NCBI RefSeq assembly: GCF_036321535.1
Contig: NC_087436.1
Location: 32,800,001 to 32,864,000, forward strand
Direction: 5' to 3'
Length of the DNA stretch: 64,000 nucleotides
DNA from: Camelus dromedarius
Taxonomy: Eukaryota
The translations under genes and the position numbers were made by a program. This document shows, in pieces, positions 40,589 to 53,560 of the stretch. The notes below the pieces were generated by a model. That model saw nothing but the letters and a program-made list of their open reading frames with translations, made no database searches and was not told where the DNA came from. Position 1 is the first letter of the stretch. The number at the start of each line of letters is the position of its first letter.

Positions 40589-40632
40589 ATAGCCAATATG
40601 GGAGCTAAGAGAAGAAGAGAAGGATTATCATG
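40589..40632 (+). other. Candidate 44-nt exon or pseudo-exon
   Basis: Polypyrimidine tract of more than 100 nt, then cAG, a GAA-rich body and ATG|GTAAGT. Confidence 0.25.
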
Positions 40633-40706
40633 GTAAGTGAAGAGAGTTATAGAAGGAAGTACAGATAGTCCTTGGTGGTAATGTCTTCTGAGTGGGTTAG
40701 GCTTTC

Positions 40707-40708
<2 letters not shown>

Positions 40709-40751
<43 letters not shown>
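40709..40751. repeat. (CA)n microsatellite
   Basis: About 21 units. Confidence 0.95.
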
Positions 40752-40754
<3 letters not shown>

Positions 40755-43700
40755 TGATACTGCTATAGGAGTTTACACTATCAGGGAGGAAGAGGAAAAA
40801 TAAGATTAAGATTAACATTTGTTGAACTTCTATTTACCAGGCACTGTTAGAATGCTTCATATAATTCTCATAACAACACTAGGAAGTTCTAATCAGAAAA
40901 GCAAACCTCAGAAAATAAAATATCTCTGATGTCTGGTACTGGTATTTGTTATCAGCATTTGGATAGTACTGAAGATGCTTAAAAAAACTCATGTCATTCA
41001 CTATACCAAACTTCTCAGCATGTGTATTCAAAAATATATACCAACATAAATATAGTGATATGAGGAATTCATTGTTCAGTAACTCATTTATTAAAAAATA
41101 TTTACAAATTGCTTACACTGTCTAGGCAATGTTTTAGGCATTCAAAATACTGTGATGAAGAGGGTAGTCAAGGTTATTGTATTAAGTGAGTATTTGTGTG
41201 TGTATGTATGTGTGTACATTTACTTGTCTTTTGAACTTACACTGACATTACTTGGACATTACAGTGTGCAGTTATGTAATGATAATGATAACAGCTGACA
41301 ACTGGGCACTTACTGTTTGTCAGGGACTTGACTCTGCTGAATGGTGACTACATAGTAAATACCTTAGAAGTGGGAATTTCTAAGTATCTTTTTTTCATTT
41401 AAATTAATTAGATAACGAATCATATCCTACCTTATTCCAAAGGCAACTTCAAAAGATTCAAATAATATTGCAAAATAAAATAATTAAAAATAAATAAGAA
41501 ATATGAGGTAGTAGAAAAACAAAGTGAAGAAAGTGTATGGAGTTGGTAGTGAGGCTGTGAAACATTACAGGCCACACATCTTCATATACTTTTCACCGGG
41601 GATAGGGGAAAACATGGTGAGATTGAGGGCCCACAAAAGAAAAACAAACTGGTTGTTGAGGAAAAATGTAATTTCTGATGCTGAGACCGAGAGAATTTTC
41701 TTTTGTAGGCCCTCATTCATGATGCTACAGAAAGAATATACCTACTGGAAACACAGACCATTTTTCATTATAGGCTGATGGCTTCAGCACCTTTAGTTCT
41801 AGAACAATTCAATGAACACAGTTCTGATGGGGCAGATGGAGGGGTTGACTGTTGGGGTAGATGGAGTTGAAAGGGTGGTCCACATAGTGCTGTTCATTTA
41901 TGAAGTTTTCTGAATTTTCTTGCTTAATCCAAGGAAGGATTGTGTCAGAGGACTGCATAGTCTGTATATTCTAATGTGATCCTTCATAAAAATAATTTCT
42001 TTCAGCCAAGAGTTTGAAAGGCATTGATCCATAGTAAATTCAAAATTAATTTCAAATATTTGGAATACAGATATTCTGTATCTGCTCAGTATTATGCTTT
42101 CACAATCAGTGAGACTGGGGATAGAATTGACATCCTACAAGAGGGCATTATTTATGAATTCTAGGAAGTCCTATTATAATGTGATAATTCTTGTAACAAT
42201 AATCTTACCAAGTACTTAAGTACTTCACAACTGCATTTATGTTTGCATTGTGGGTGAGCCCCATTCCCCTTTCTTATGCTTTATTTTAATAATTCTAGTC
42301 ATGAATCTGGAATGAGACAATAATTCTTTTTTTTATCAAACTTATCAATATATATATTTTTTATCAATGGGTCAATGCATGTACATTTAGAAGACAAGGG
42401 ATAATTCACTCATTGTCATACAGAGTTAGCATTTAGATGACCATCTTTCAGTATTTTTCTAGGAGTAAGTTTTAAAGTGAGTTTTACGTATTATTTTGTA
42501 TCTTACATTTTTTACTTAGTTTATGCAGTCTTTTCCCCTGGTGTATACAACATGGTGTTTGCAACAGTCTCTTTAGGTTGTACATAGTATGTTGTATTCT
42601 ATATAGTTGATGTACTATAGTATTATAGTTTACTTAATGTAGTTTAGTTAACCACTTCTAGGTCTTGTGGTATTAGAGGCAGAAGAGGCATAAAGGAAAG
42701 GGAGCAGGAGAAGAGCTAAGGTGGGTTGTTGCAGAGTTAAGTCAATAAATGCCCAGATGCTTCTCTGCCTTTTAAGAGATCAGAAACTCAGAGTGTCACA
42801 AAGAGCTCTGTATGGTAATAGAGTTAAGTACAAAATGTGAAGAAGTGTCTTCCCTAGTCCCCTCCCTCTGTCATGTCGTCTGCTTTACTAGTAGACATGG
42901 TAGAAATATTTTAAATAAAAAAATGGAAAGTGAGTACGAGAGAAGTGACAAAAAGTTGAATGATCTGTTGTAATACAAATTAGTAAGGTCTGGATTTTTG
43001 TTTTTGTTTTTTTTTTTTTTTGGTGTAGCTAGAAATTTCCATAAAATGTCTAAATGTAGCTTTTAAAAAAGACAGTTAAATTTATTAGTATTGCAAAGTT
43101 CCACTGTGTTGGAGGATATGCATTGGATATTATTATTATCAATAAATTTGTATTGATGTGTGAATCCATAGGCTTGGAGGGAGGCTGCTGGGCCAACCAC
43201 ATTTCTTTTATGACCTTTCTAGTTTAATTGATTTATAGCACAACACAGTAACCATTAAATCTGAAATATTATGTAATTTCAGAACCCAGTTTCCTCTAAG
43301 CTACAGTGGATCCTTGAAGGTCTAGGATGGGACAGCACATTCTAGACTCTGGATGAAAAACTCAGTGTGGAGACTATAAAGGGCATCCCTTGGAAAGCAA
43401 AGCCTGGGTCTACACCCCTAACTCACCCACTAAGTGCTTCCTCTGAAGTGTCACCCTGTGAGCTTAGTTCTTTTATTGTTAGTAGCACATTTTATACATC
43501 TAGGCATTGTCTTCAAAAAATAGATTTATTTGTATCATTAAAGAATGACATTGCTTTACATTTGGTTTCTTGGAGCATGGTATGGTGGGAGTGGAAAATT
43601 CTTTAATGTTTTTGAATATATTGCTACAGTCAGATCCTCATCCAGTTTCTGTCTGTGAGGCTTATTTAAGAATAGCTTTTGTTTTTCTTCATGTTGTTTA

Positions 43701-45963
43701 ACACTATTTTTTTTTTAAGTGTTGTAGTTTAAGGACCAAGATTTGTTTGGTGATCTGGTTTATGTCTCTCTAAACAAGTAAAATCTTTCTTGAGAATATT
43801 ATTTCTTTTTCCTGAGGCACCATGCTGGATATTTTTTGAAAGAGAATTAATGTTATTATTTTTCTTTAAAGTGTGGAATTTACATAGACTTCTGTTCTGC
43901 TACATAACAAGAATTTTAGAAGTCTGAGTGAATGGCTGCTGCAATATGATGTAGTGGAAAGAGCACTATACTAATCTTGACTCTCTTGTTAAATAATTGT
44001 GTTTCCACATCTCTGATTTAGTCTGTTAAATTGCATCTGATTATGCCTATTATTATTCATTACATTTTATAAAACTTTATTATAGACATTTAAAAACATA
44101 TAGGAAAGAAGAAGGAATAATAAAAAAAAGTGAACTGATGTGTACATCTCTCAGTTTCCACAGTCAGCAACATACTGTCAGTTCTGTATCATCTGTGCCC
44201 ACAACCACCAGCATCCCTGTCCTTCTAACCTAGAACTATTTTGAAGCAACTCCCAGATATTATATCATTTATCTGTAAATATTTAATTATATATATATAT
44301 CATAAAGATGCAGATTTTCAGTAAAAAACACAATCACAATTATTATACCTGAAAATTAACAAAAACCTCAATACCGTCAAATGCCCAGTCTGTATTAACA
44401 TTTTCTCAATTATCGTTATGTTTTTTAAAGATTTGTTTGAATGAGGATCCGTATAATAAGGGCATACACTGTGATTACTTAAAATCGTGTTTCTCAAGTC
44501 TTTAAGTCTATAAGGTCCCCTCCACTTTTCTTCTTCTTTTGCATCCCCATGGGGGGTTGTTTAACATATTTCTCTCTTTTGTATTTCCAGTAAATGGATC
44601 ATTAGATCTAGAGAACTGATCAAGTTCAGGTTTGAGGTTTTTTTTTTTTTTTTTTTTTTTAAAGATTACTTCTTACGTGGTGTTCTGTACTTCCCAGAAG
44701 GTACATAATGTCTTGGCATTTCTTTCTGTGAGTTATCTGTCATTGATGATCATTGTCTAGGTTTGTTACTTCATTTGGAGTTGCAAAATGGTAATTCTGT
44801 TATTTCCTGTTTTTGTTGTTAGCTGCAGAATTTCTATAAGTAACTTTTACTCATTGACCATCATTCACTTAAGGTAGAGGCTGTAGAAGAAAGGCCCCAG
44901 AAACAGTTTAATTCTTTCCATTTAAATACAGTTTTCAAAATAACAGTGGTTCCTTAAAATCTTGCAAAAATGCCTTTTATTTTTTGCAGAGGGGAGGAGG
45001 GAAGATTCATGGCGGTATTATTTTGAATACGTAAGTTAAAATACATTTCATCCATTTCAGAATGTTGTCTGAAGTTTATGTAATTGGAACTTACGCAGGT
45101 TGGTTCCTGAGACTTTTGACATGACCACTGCCTCCCCATCCCCCACCAACCCCAACACTCCAACACTTCTTAATTGCTTCTTTCCTTCTGGAATGATAAG
45201 ATATTCCAGGCTCATCTTGCACATTTCCTGTGCCAGACTTGGAATCAGTCATTTTTTTTTGAAAGAGCCCTGATTCCTTTTAGTGGGATATGGTGTTTAG
45301 AGGCCATAGGGCCATACTATGCATTTATAAGATAAGTTAGACCATGAATTCTTACTATTACTTAAATGAGGACTAAAGAGTTTTTACTTGTCTATTTTAC
45401 ATCTTTATCTCCTTTCAACCTTGTGGAAAATCTTGGTTCTTAACAACAACAAAATAAGTACTCATTTGCATTATCTCACAGAATATATACAACTGTCTCA
45501 GAATAATGATGCCAGTATGATTTAAGACGAAAGTGAAAGGATTTAAGATGAATCATTGACTATTGAAAATGATGTAAGATGTATCATTACTATATATAAA
45601 TTTCTATAAATTACTCTAATTTACTATATTTTAGAATCACTTATAGTAGGTACTCTCTGAATGGTTATGCCATTAAATGTATATATACTTATGTTCATTT
45701 TATTTGCAGTTTTTAGGAATTGCTTTGGTATTTATTTTATAAATAATTACATGATTCCAAAGGCAGATCTATAAAATAAGCTATTTACAAAGAAGTCTGG
45801 CTTCTGTCACTGGTTCTTCTACCCTGTTCACTCCCATCCCCTATAGGTAACCATTAAAATTTTTCATGTTTTATCGTTCCACTTTTCAAAAGATATAAAG
45901 AAATATAAATACTAAATATACAACTTGTATATATATGTACATATACATGTATATATACATATA

Positions 45964-46246
45964 CAGTTGACTCTTGAACAACATGGTTTTGAACTGTGTG
46001 GATCCACTTATACATGGATTGTTTTCAATAAATATATACAATTGTTTCTCCATATCTGCAGGTTTTGCATCCACGGAGTCAACCAACCTTGGATCCTGTA
46101 CTATGTTTATAATCTGAGGTTGGTTGAAACCATGGACATGGAGTCTGAGGATACTGAGGGCGAACTATGGGACTTGAGCATCTGCAGATTTTGGTATCCA
46201 CAGTGGGTCCTAGAACCAATGTACCGTGGATACCAAGGGACGACTA
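45964..46246 (+). mobile_element. Tigger2/MER2/MER8-family MITE
   Basis: ta|cagttgactcttgaacaacatgg...ggataccaagggacgact, in a TA context. Confidence 0.85.
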
Positions 46247-46839
46247 TATAAACATTGTGTGTGTATGTGTGTGTGTGTGTATATATATAAACTAGTACTA
46301 CATATATATACTTATGGATATATGTATATATGTGATGGTATAGTTAATTAATATAATTAATTTTCATTTCCCTTATAAAGACTTGAGATCAAGCATCTTT
46401 TCAAATGGTTAAAAAGTCATTTGTATTTCTTTTACTATAAACTGTTTCTTCATATTTCTAGCTTGTTTTGGTTGTTGGCCTTTTTCTTCTTTATTTTAAC
46501 AACTCTTTATGTATCAGGAATATTGATTCTTGGCTTTTGGTATATAAATTGCAAATATTTGTCTCTGTCATTTATTCTTATTTTTATTTTTTTTTGGTAA
46601 AAAATGTAAAATTTTTTATGGAATTAAGTTTATAAGTCCTTTCTCTAACTACTTCTGGATTTAGATTCATAGTTAGGAAAATTTCCCTACTCCCAAGTTA
46701 CAGGCATTTACCCTTATGTCTAGTTCTTGTATGGTTTCATTTTTTTACATTTAAATACTTGATTGATTTTGGTATTTACATGGCATATGGTTTAATAAAA
46801 GAATCCAGTCTTATATAACACCATTTATAGTCTGTGTTC

Positions 46840-47505
46840 CCACAGTATGACAATTTATTGCTGCTCAGCTCCCAATTCAGACCTCATTGGCTACTCTGAG
46901 TAATTGAGATGAGCACTGTAAATTTTCCTCCTAAGCCAGCTGGCACCATGTTAAATTTTGTCAGCAGAGAGTGCTGGAAGGACACTGGAGTAGAAAGAGG
47001 TTTCTCTTGGGCCTGGCTCCTATAGCACAGGCAGCTCTCCAGCACCCAGCTCTTGCAGTGACTATTGGTCAGCATGTCCAGTTGTTAGAAACTTTCTGAA
47101 AATTCCTTGTATGCTTTTGCGGCAGGTTATATAGCGTGAAACTGTCCCGAGGATGACTTCCCTCGGCACCCCAGAGGGTGGATTTCAGTGAGTTCTGCAG
47201 GTGTGTCAGCAGAGCAATTTCTCAGTCATCCAGTGTTTCATGGTACTCCCCTCTTCAACAAGATCTGGATCTCAGTCCTGGTGTGTTTGTGTGTTTGCTC
47301 TTACTTGGGTACTCTTTATCTCAGCACTAGAGGAGTGGCTGTTCCTTATGTCTGCTACTCCTATATTCTATACAGTTTTCTTTACCTCTTACTAGCCAAT
47401 CTCTTGTACTTCAATTCCTTGTTACAGTTAATAATTATTTATATTAAAATTTCCTTGTTCAAATTACTGGAGGGTTAATTTTTTGAGTGGACATTGACTG
47501 ATAAA
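46840..47505 (+). mobile_element. LTR41/LTR33-like ERVL solo LTR
   Basis: gccagctggcaccatgttaaattttgtcagcagagagtgctgg; end ccttgttcaaattactgg...tgactgata. Confidence 0.65.
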
Positions 47506-48204
47506 CTCAGTGATAGGAGATGCAGCCTTTATTATAAACTAAATGTCCATATGTAATTTGATCTATTTCTGGATTTTTCTGTTTTGTTTGCTAGTCTGTT
47601 TGTCTAATTTTGGGCTAATATCAAACTGTTGTAATCATAGAAGCTTAATACTGTTTTCAAAAGGACTGTCTGTGCTTGCTTCTCCTCACTGATCTTTTTT
47701 TCCAATATATTACTGGCTTTTCTTGATCATTTTTAAAATGAATTTTTGATGAGCTTATCCAGCTTTAAGAAAACACCTGATGGCATTTAAATAAAAAGTT
47801 GGATAGTATTTAGTTTATAAATTAGCTTAGGGAGTACATCTTTATGAGTTAGGTATGTAATACTGTAAGTTTTTCTCTGATAACTGCTTGAGCTCCATCT
47901 CACAGATTCTGACATGTTATCAAAGTTACCAGTAGGGTTAGAGTTAGATTTAGAAGGATCAAATGATCCAATTTTATTAGAATGAAATTCTGGCTTCAGT
48001 GGAAAGTCAGAGTCTTGGCCTACAAGCTGTTTGTGGTAGTTCAAATAAATGATGATAAAGACTGAGTCAGAGTATTGGTGGAGGTTGATAGAGAAGAAGA
48101 ACTGGTGTTAATATTTTAGAGGTAGGCCTGATAGGATGCAGTTACTAATTAGATGAGAGAAGGATAGGGAGGAATAAACAATAATTCTTATATAATTCTG
48201 ATTC

Positions 48205-49005
48205 TAGTTCCAGGGTGTGTGTGTTTCCCTGTACCATCAAGCAGTTCTTTTATACCAGCTGGGTTTCCTACAATTCAACTCAATTCCAGCACCATCTACT
48301 TGAAGATAGCATCAGATTCCATGAGTTAAGGGTTGAGTTCTACAAGACTGCTCCATCATTCCTCCTCACCAACTTCAGACACCAATCACAAGTCCAGGTT
48401 GTCACCCCTACTTCTAAACGGCTATAGCTTGGAGGTTCCCATGACCCACTCCTTGGGTTTTATTAATTTGCTGGAGTAGCTCACAGAACTCAGAGATACA
48501 TTTTCCTTACTAGGTTACCTGTTTATTATAAAAGGATATTGTTCAGGAACAGCCAGGTAGAGGAGATGTATAGGGCATGATATGTGGGCTCAGAGCTTCC
48601 ATGCCCTATTTAAGTGCACCACTCTCCACAGATCTCACCATGTGTTCAGCAACCCAGAAGCTCTCTGAAACACATCCTTCAGGGTTTTAATGGAGGCTTC
48701 ATTTCATAGGCATGGTTGATTAAATCACTGACCACTGGTGATTGGCTAAACCTTCAGTTCTCTCTCCCCTTCCTGGAAGTAAGAGGGGTGGGACTGAAAT
48801 TTCCAACCCTCTAGTCACCTTATTGGTTATTCTGGCAGTCAGCCTCCATCCTTTGGTGGAGTTCAAAAGTCACTCCATTAGCATAACGAAAGATACATTT
48901 GTTGTTCTTATCACTTAGGGAGTTCCAAGGGTTTTAGGAGCTCTGTGCCAGGAAGAGTGGTCAAAGACCAAATGTACATTTCTTACTATACATGACAATG
49001 TAATG
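48205..49005 (-). mobile_element. MER21-like LTR inserted in an L2 remnant
   Basis: accagctgggtttcctacaattcaactcaattc; aatttgctggagtagctcacagaactcag; ccaagggttttaggagctctgtgccagg. Confidence 0.8.
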
Positions 49006-52000
49006 TCTTATAATTCTGGATTTGAGAGTTTTTAAATTCAAATTTAGGGAATTCAGGAGAAGCAGCAAGTTTTAGTGTCAAGAAATGATGGGTGGAAAAC
49101 AGTAAGTTGGTTTTGAGCATGTTGAATTGAAATACCTGTGGAATATCTATGTGGGAACATCTAATTGGAAACCTTATTCTTAGTCCAGGAGATAGGTGTG
49201 AACTAGATGTGTAGTTTTGGATGTATATAGCTGAAGCTGTGCATGCTCTTGAGTACTGTCAATTCTGTATTTGGTGAAAAGCAGGCCATGGTTGGAAATA
49301 AGGTTCCCATTCTAACTGGTAATTTTTCTGAAAAAAGTGACCCCTGTCGGGATCATAGACCCTGAGAACACAAAAACAAATGCCGTCATCCTCTCTGCAT
49401 CTTTTGTGAGAGAGTGATCTGTTCATTGTCGAAGGCAGAGGAGCTTACTTTGAATGCACTAATTAAATTATGAAATGTAAATAGGATTTAATTGGAGGAA
49501 CCTCAGAGGAAGCCCTATCCTAAATAAATCTTGATTTCTTGATGAATTGGCTTAGTGGGAGAGAAAGGGAAGAGTAAATAGGATTTAGGTTCAGATACCT
49601 CTGAGTTGGTTCTGCTGGGATGTAATACTCATTCAAAGGTATAAATTGAGGGAGTGTATCACTAAAGGGAGAATGGGATTTGGGGACTGAGAACATTTAG
49701 GAGGGATGAACAGTGGTGGCAGATGAACTTTAATGTATGCTTTATTATTTAAAGCTTTAGTTGGACTCATTTCGATTTGGGATTAAATTCAAAAGAGGTC
49801 CGTGGCCAATCAGTGACTGGATAGTTGGTCTGAATTGCCTCCTTTGATGCCATGAAACCTAAGGGATGGCAACACTGTGTGACAGTCTTGTAGCTGCAGC
49901 ATAGCTCTTGTTCCTTGCAGTGAGGTCTGGAAGGCTTATTTATTATTATTATTATTTTTTACTATGCAAAGTAGAGATATCTCTAAATATAAATGATTGC
50001 TGTTGTTGTGGTTAGTGTTCTCAAATTTTCTCCTCCTCCAGCATTTTTTATCCTGTTGCTCTTTTCTTTGTTCATCTGGTAGCCACAAGAAACTAAGTTT
50101 CTCAAACTTTGATATTTTTGAATCTTTGGTCCATGATTTAACATTTCTGTGGTTATTATTCCATGCTTTATCTAATTTCATCTTCTGATTCACCCTGTAA
50201 GGAGGAATTATGAGTTCCATTTAATATTTGAGGAACCCCAGTCATAAATGATTTTAATGAGTTGAATAAGCTATCATGGCTAATGAGTTATAGAGCTGCA
50301 ATCAGTATTCAGATCTTCTAATATGAAGATAATGCTCTTTACTTGACTGCAGCTACGTTTATACCTAATGGTAGTAAAGATGAAGAAGAATAAGATGGTG
50401 GAAGGAAAACACACTACTGGAAAGGAGTTCCTAAGAATTAGAAAATTATTCTTGAGCTTCAGGAAACTACCTTTAGTTTTTTTCCAAAGAACAAAAATTC
50501 TCATGTGATTTCTAGAGCCTTGTTTTTTAGGGAAATCAAGTCACAATGTTCTGTTACAACATACAAGTCCTTAATAGCTGAACATAAAGGGATACTCTTT
50601 GGAGTAGGATCAGTGAATTCCTTTTAACTTTTTATGTCCCCTTCAAGAGTCTATAGCTAAAACTATAGAGGTGAGAGAACCATAAATCATGAATGTTGAA
50701 ATACTTGATGCTGTGAACATGAATGTTTCGATAAATACCAAGTGGTATCAAATTCTGCTGTGAAATTCTGAAGTGTAATATAATCCTTCATTGTGAAGAA
50801 AGAAGTCTCCAAGTGAACAACAGTTAAAGGTGGTCAGCTTGGCTTCTATACTTTGAAAAGGGAGCAAAGCTTAACACTGCTGTGTGTCAGTCAGTCCAGA
50901 AATAGCAAGGGAATGGCTTTTCATGCTGATGGGTTGTTTGTCCTTTTTTCTACTTTATGCCTTTCTTCTTGTTCATATATACAGGTATACATTATGTACC
51001 TATCACATATACAGAGGCCTTTTTGACATCAAAGATTCTGGCTCTGTAGCTTGGATAATCTATAAGATTATACCGACCATAACATAGCAGGCACATGCCA
51101 GACATTTGACCCCTAAAATGGAGTCACAGGCCATGGCATATTTAAACACAGTGAGAAGTGAAGTTAACAGCTAGCATGCTCTTGAACAAATGTACATTGT
51201 TGTTAAAATTGAAACCACATGCTGAGTAATGTAACATAGGTGCAACCTAGCTGAGAATGTGTGGACAGTTGGAACCATGAGTGTATTATTATTTTTAAAT
51301 TTATATTTTGTCTTTGAGTCTTGAGGCCCCTTAGTCTGTTTTCTTAGTGGAAGTCAGCAACATGAGCTCAGCTGCATGGATGGAGCTGGACACTGAAGGA
51401 CCAGGTCTTCTCTAGCTGCTAGAACTGTGGAATGATTTCATCTGCTGTAACAAGAGCCTACGTACCTGATCTTTGTAAACCATGTCAAACCTGAACTTAC
51501 CTGAGGGGCTGAATCACAGCCTACTGAGCCAGACATCTCTGAATACAGCAGAGGATACTATTTCAGTGGCTATTTGTTACACTATGGAAAATTCAGCCGT
51601 GGACAGTTGTGTGAAGAGATATTCAACAAACTGAAGATTTCAAGCTTCATCTCATTTGAAGTAACACATGCTGCTTCTTCAGAGCTTCGATTTTTTTTTT
51701 TTTAGCTCTAACATTCATTTGTTGTTTATTGGCAATCTAAATTAAGACAGGTTAGAGCTGTTGAATTTTCTCTGCAGCAGTTGGGAATGATGAAATAATG
51801 ATTTATTTGTGTATCCTTTATGCAGTAACAGCTAGAGTTCTCTGGAAGCCCCACTGGTAATTTCTTTTTTGCTTCTGTTCTACATCTTTACATGGAGCCA
51901 GCAATAGATAGCTTGAGGGCAGAGAGGAGAGAGAACATAAGGGATGTCTTTTATTCATTGGCGGCATTTCTGTTTTTTTGGAAGGAGCATGAGGTCTGTG

Positions 52001-52699
52001 GGAAGACTGTACACTCCTGCATGGGCAAGGAACCGCTTGCCCCCATTTAGTATACTTTCTTCTTACATATTTATAGGATTATTAGTTTGTCCAGGTAAAA
52101 GCAAAGGCTGAAGTTAACCAGTCTTCCAGGTAATAAAATGCCCTGACTTAATTTCACATGAACAGCCTATTTCACCACAGATAATACTTACAGCTCATTT
52201 TTTAATTGTAATACTCTACAATTTCTAAGTGTTCATTTACTTACTTATTTAGCTCAAAGGACCTACTTTGTATAGAAGTGCTAGATTTTTAGGGAAGAGA
52301 AAAGGAATTACAGCACACAATACTTCATATATCTTTTAACTTAGAGGTGGGAAAAACACATGCACACTCATAAAAACAAATTACACACCAAAAAATGAGT
52401 TCACAAAGTAGAATTAGATGAAGGGAATAGAAAAGAAGTTACGTGAATTCAGAAACAAAGGAGAGTCAGCATTTCACTGTGAACGGTACTGATTCTGGAA
52501 CAAGAGAGGCCTTTTGCTATTTCCTTGTGGCTCAGTAGGAGTTGTGTGGGAAAAGAAGACTGAGGTTCTTTCCAAGAATGTGGCGTTATGGGACCCAGAC
52601 CTCAAAGGCAAACGAGCGTGGCACAGTCCGGGAAGTGTAAAGTGACTAGTACGCTAGAGCAGATATTTTACTGAGGAGAACATCTACTTACTCTTTAAT

Positions 52700-52830
52700 T
52701 TCAACAAGTATTTATTGAGTTCCTGCTACTCTGTGCCAGGTGTTTTAGATACAAAAATGAAGAAGGCAGACGTGGTCTCAGCTATCAAAGAGGTTACTAT
52801 CTAGTAGATGATGTGGACAATAAACATGGG
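52700..52830 (-). mobile_element. L2 3' end (host of the tailless L1 fragment)
   Basis: ttcaacaagtatttattgagt...ctctgtgccagg...ctatctag. Confidence 0.7.
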
Positions 52831-53194
52831 TCTGTTCAAATTATGTTTCTTCTTGATTCAGTTTTGATGGACTGTATGTTTCTAGAAACTTGTCCATTTC
52901 TTCTAGGTTGTCCAATTTGTTGCCATATAATTGTTCATAGTATTTCTCTCTCTCTCTTTTTATATTTCTCTAGTATTGGTTGTAATTTCTCCTCTTTCAT
53001 TTCTTATTTTGTTTATAGAAGTCCTTTCTATTTTCTTCTTGGTAAGCCTGGTCAGAGGTTTGTCGATTTTGTTTACTCTTTCACAAAAACCAGCTCATGA
53101 TTTGATTGATTTTTTTCTAGTATTTTTTAATCTCTATTTTATTTATTTCCTCCCTGATCTTTATTATTTCTTTCCTTCTGCTAACTTTACGTTT
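52831..53194 (-). mobile_element. Internal L1 ORF2 fragment with no poly-A, flanked by a 19-bp direct repeat
   Basis: Homologous to about 31430-31790. tgtggacaa(t/c)aaacatggg at 52812-52830 and 53195-53213. Confidence 0.88.
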
Positions 53195-53334
53195 TGTGGA
53201 CAACAAACATGGGAATCAACAAATTTATGAAAATATTTAGGTAAAAACTATTAGGAAACATACAAGGATCTCTGAGTGAAAACAGAGGAGAACAACTGGA
53301 AAATAAAAAGATTTTGTGTGTATTGTAGCCCCGA

Positions 53335-53560
53335 GGAAGCAGTGTGATGTTGTATAGTTAGTTGACCTGGGTTCAGATCCCAGCCCTACCATTTGTTGGC
53401 TGTGATACTTGTTATCAAACCTGTCTGAGCATAAGTTTCCACCTTTGTAAAATGGGAATAATACAGAAGACTTCACAGAATTGCCATCAGAATTGAATGA
53501 AATAACATATGCAAAGCAACATGCATAGTTTCTGACACAGTAGAGTCTGAGTAAGTATTA
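53335..53560 (+). mobile_element. MIR SINE
   Basis: gacctgggttcagatcccagc...tgtaaaatgggaataata. Confidence 0.85.

Larger units (their letters stand above)
44065..47850 (-). mobile_element. Old L1MC4/5-like element carrying a nested MITE and LTR
   Basis: 3' landmark attttgaagcaactcccagatattatatcattt; ORF2 remnants at 46380-46830 resume at 47520. Confidence 0.65.

Noticed and set aside
51460..51545. Two strong minus-strand donors (CAG|GTAAGT, CAG|GTACGT)
   Set aside because: Opposite to the inferred host strand and no supported exon chain; a lncRNA exon cannot be excluded.
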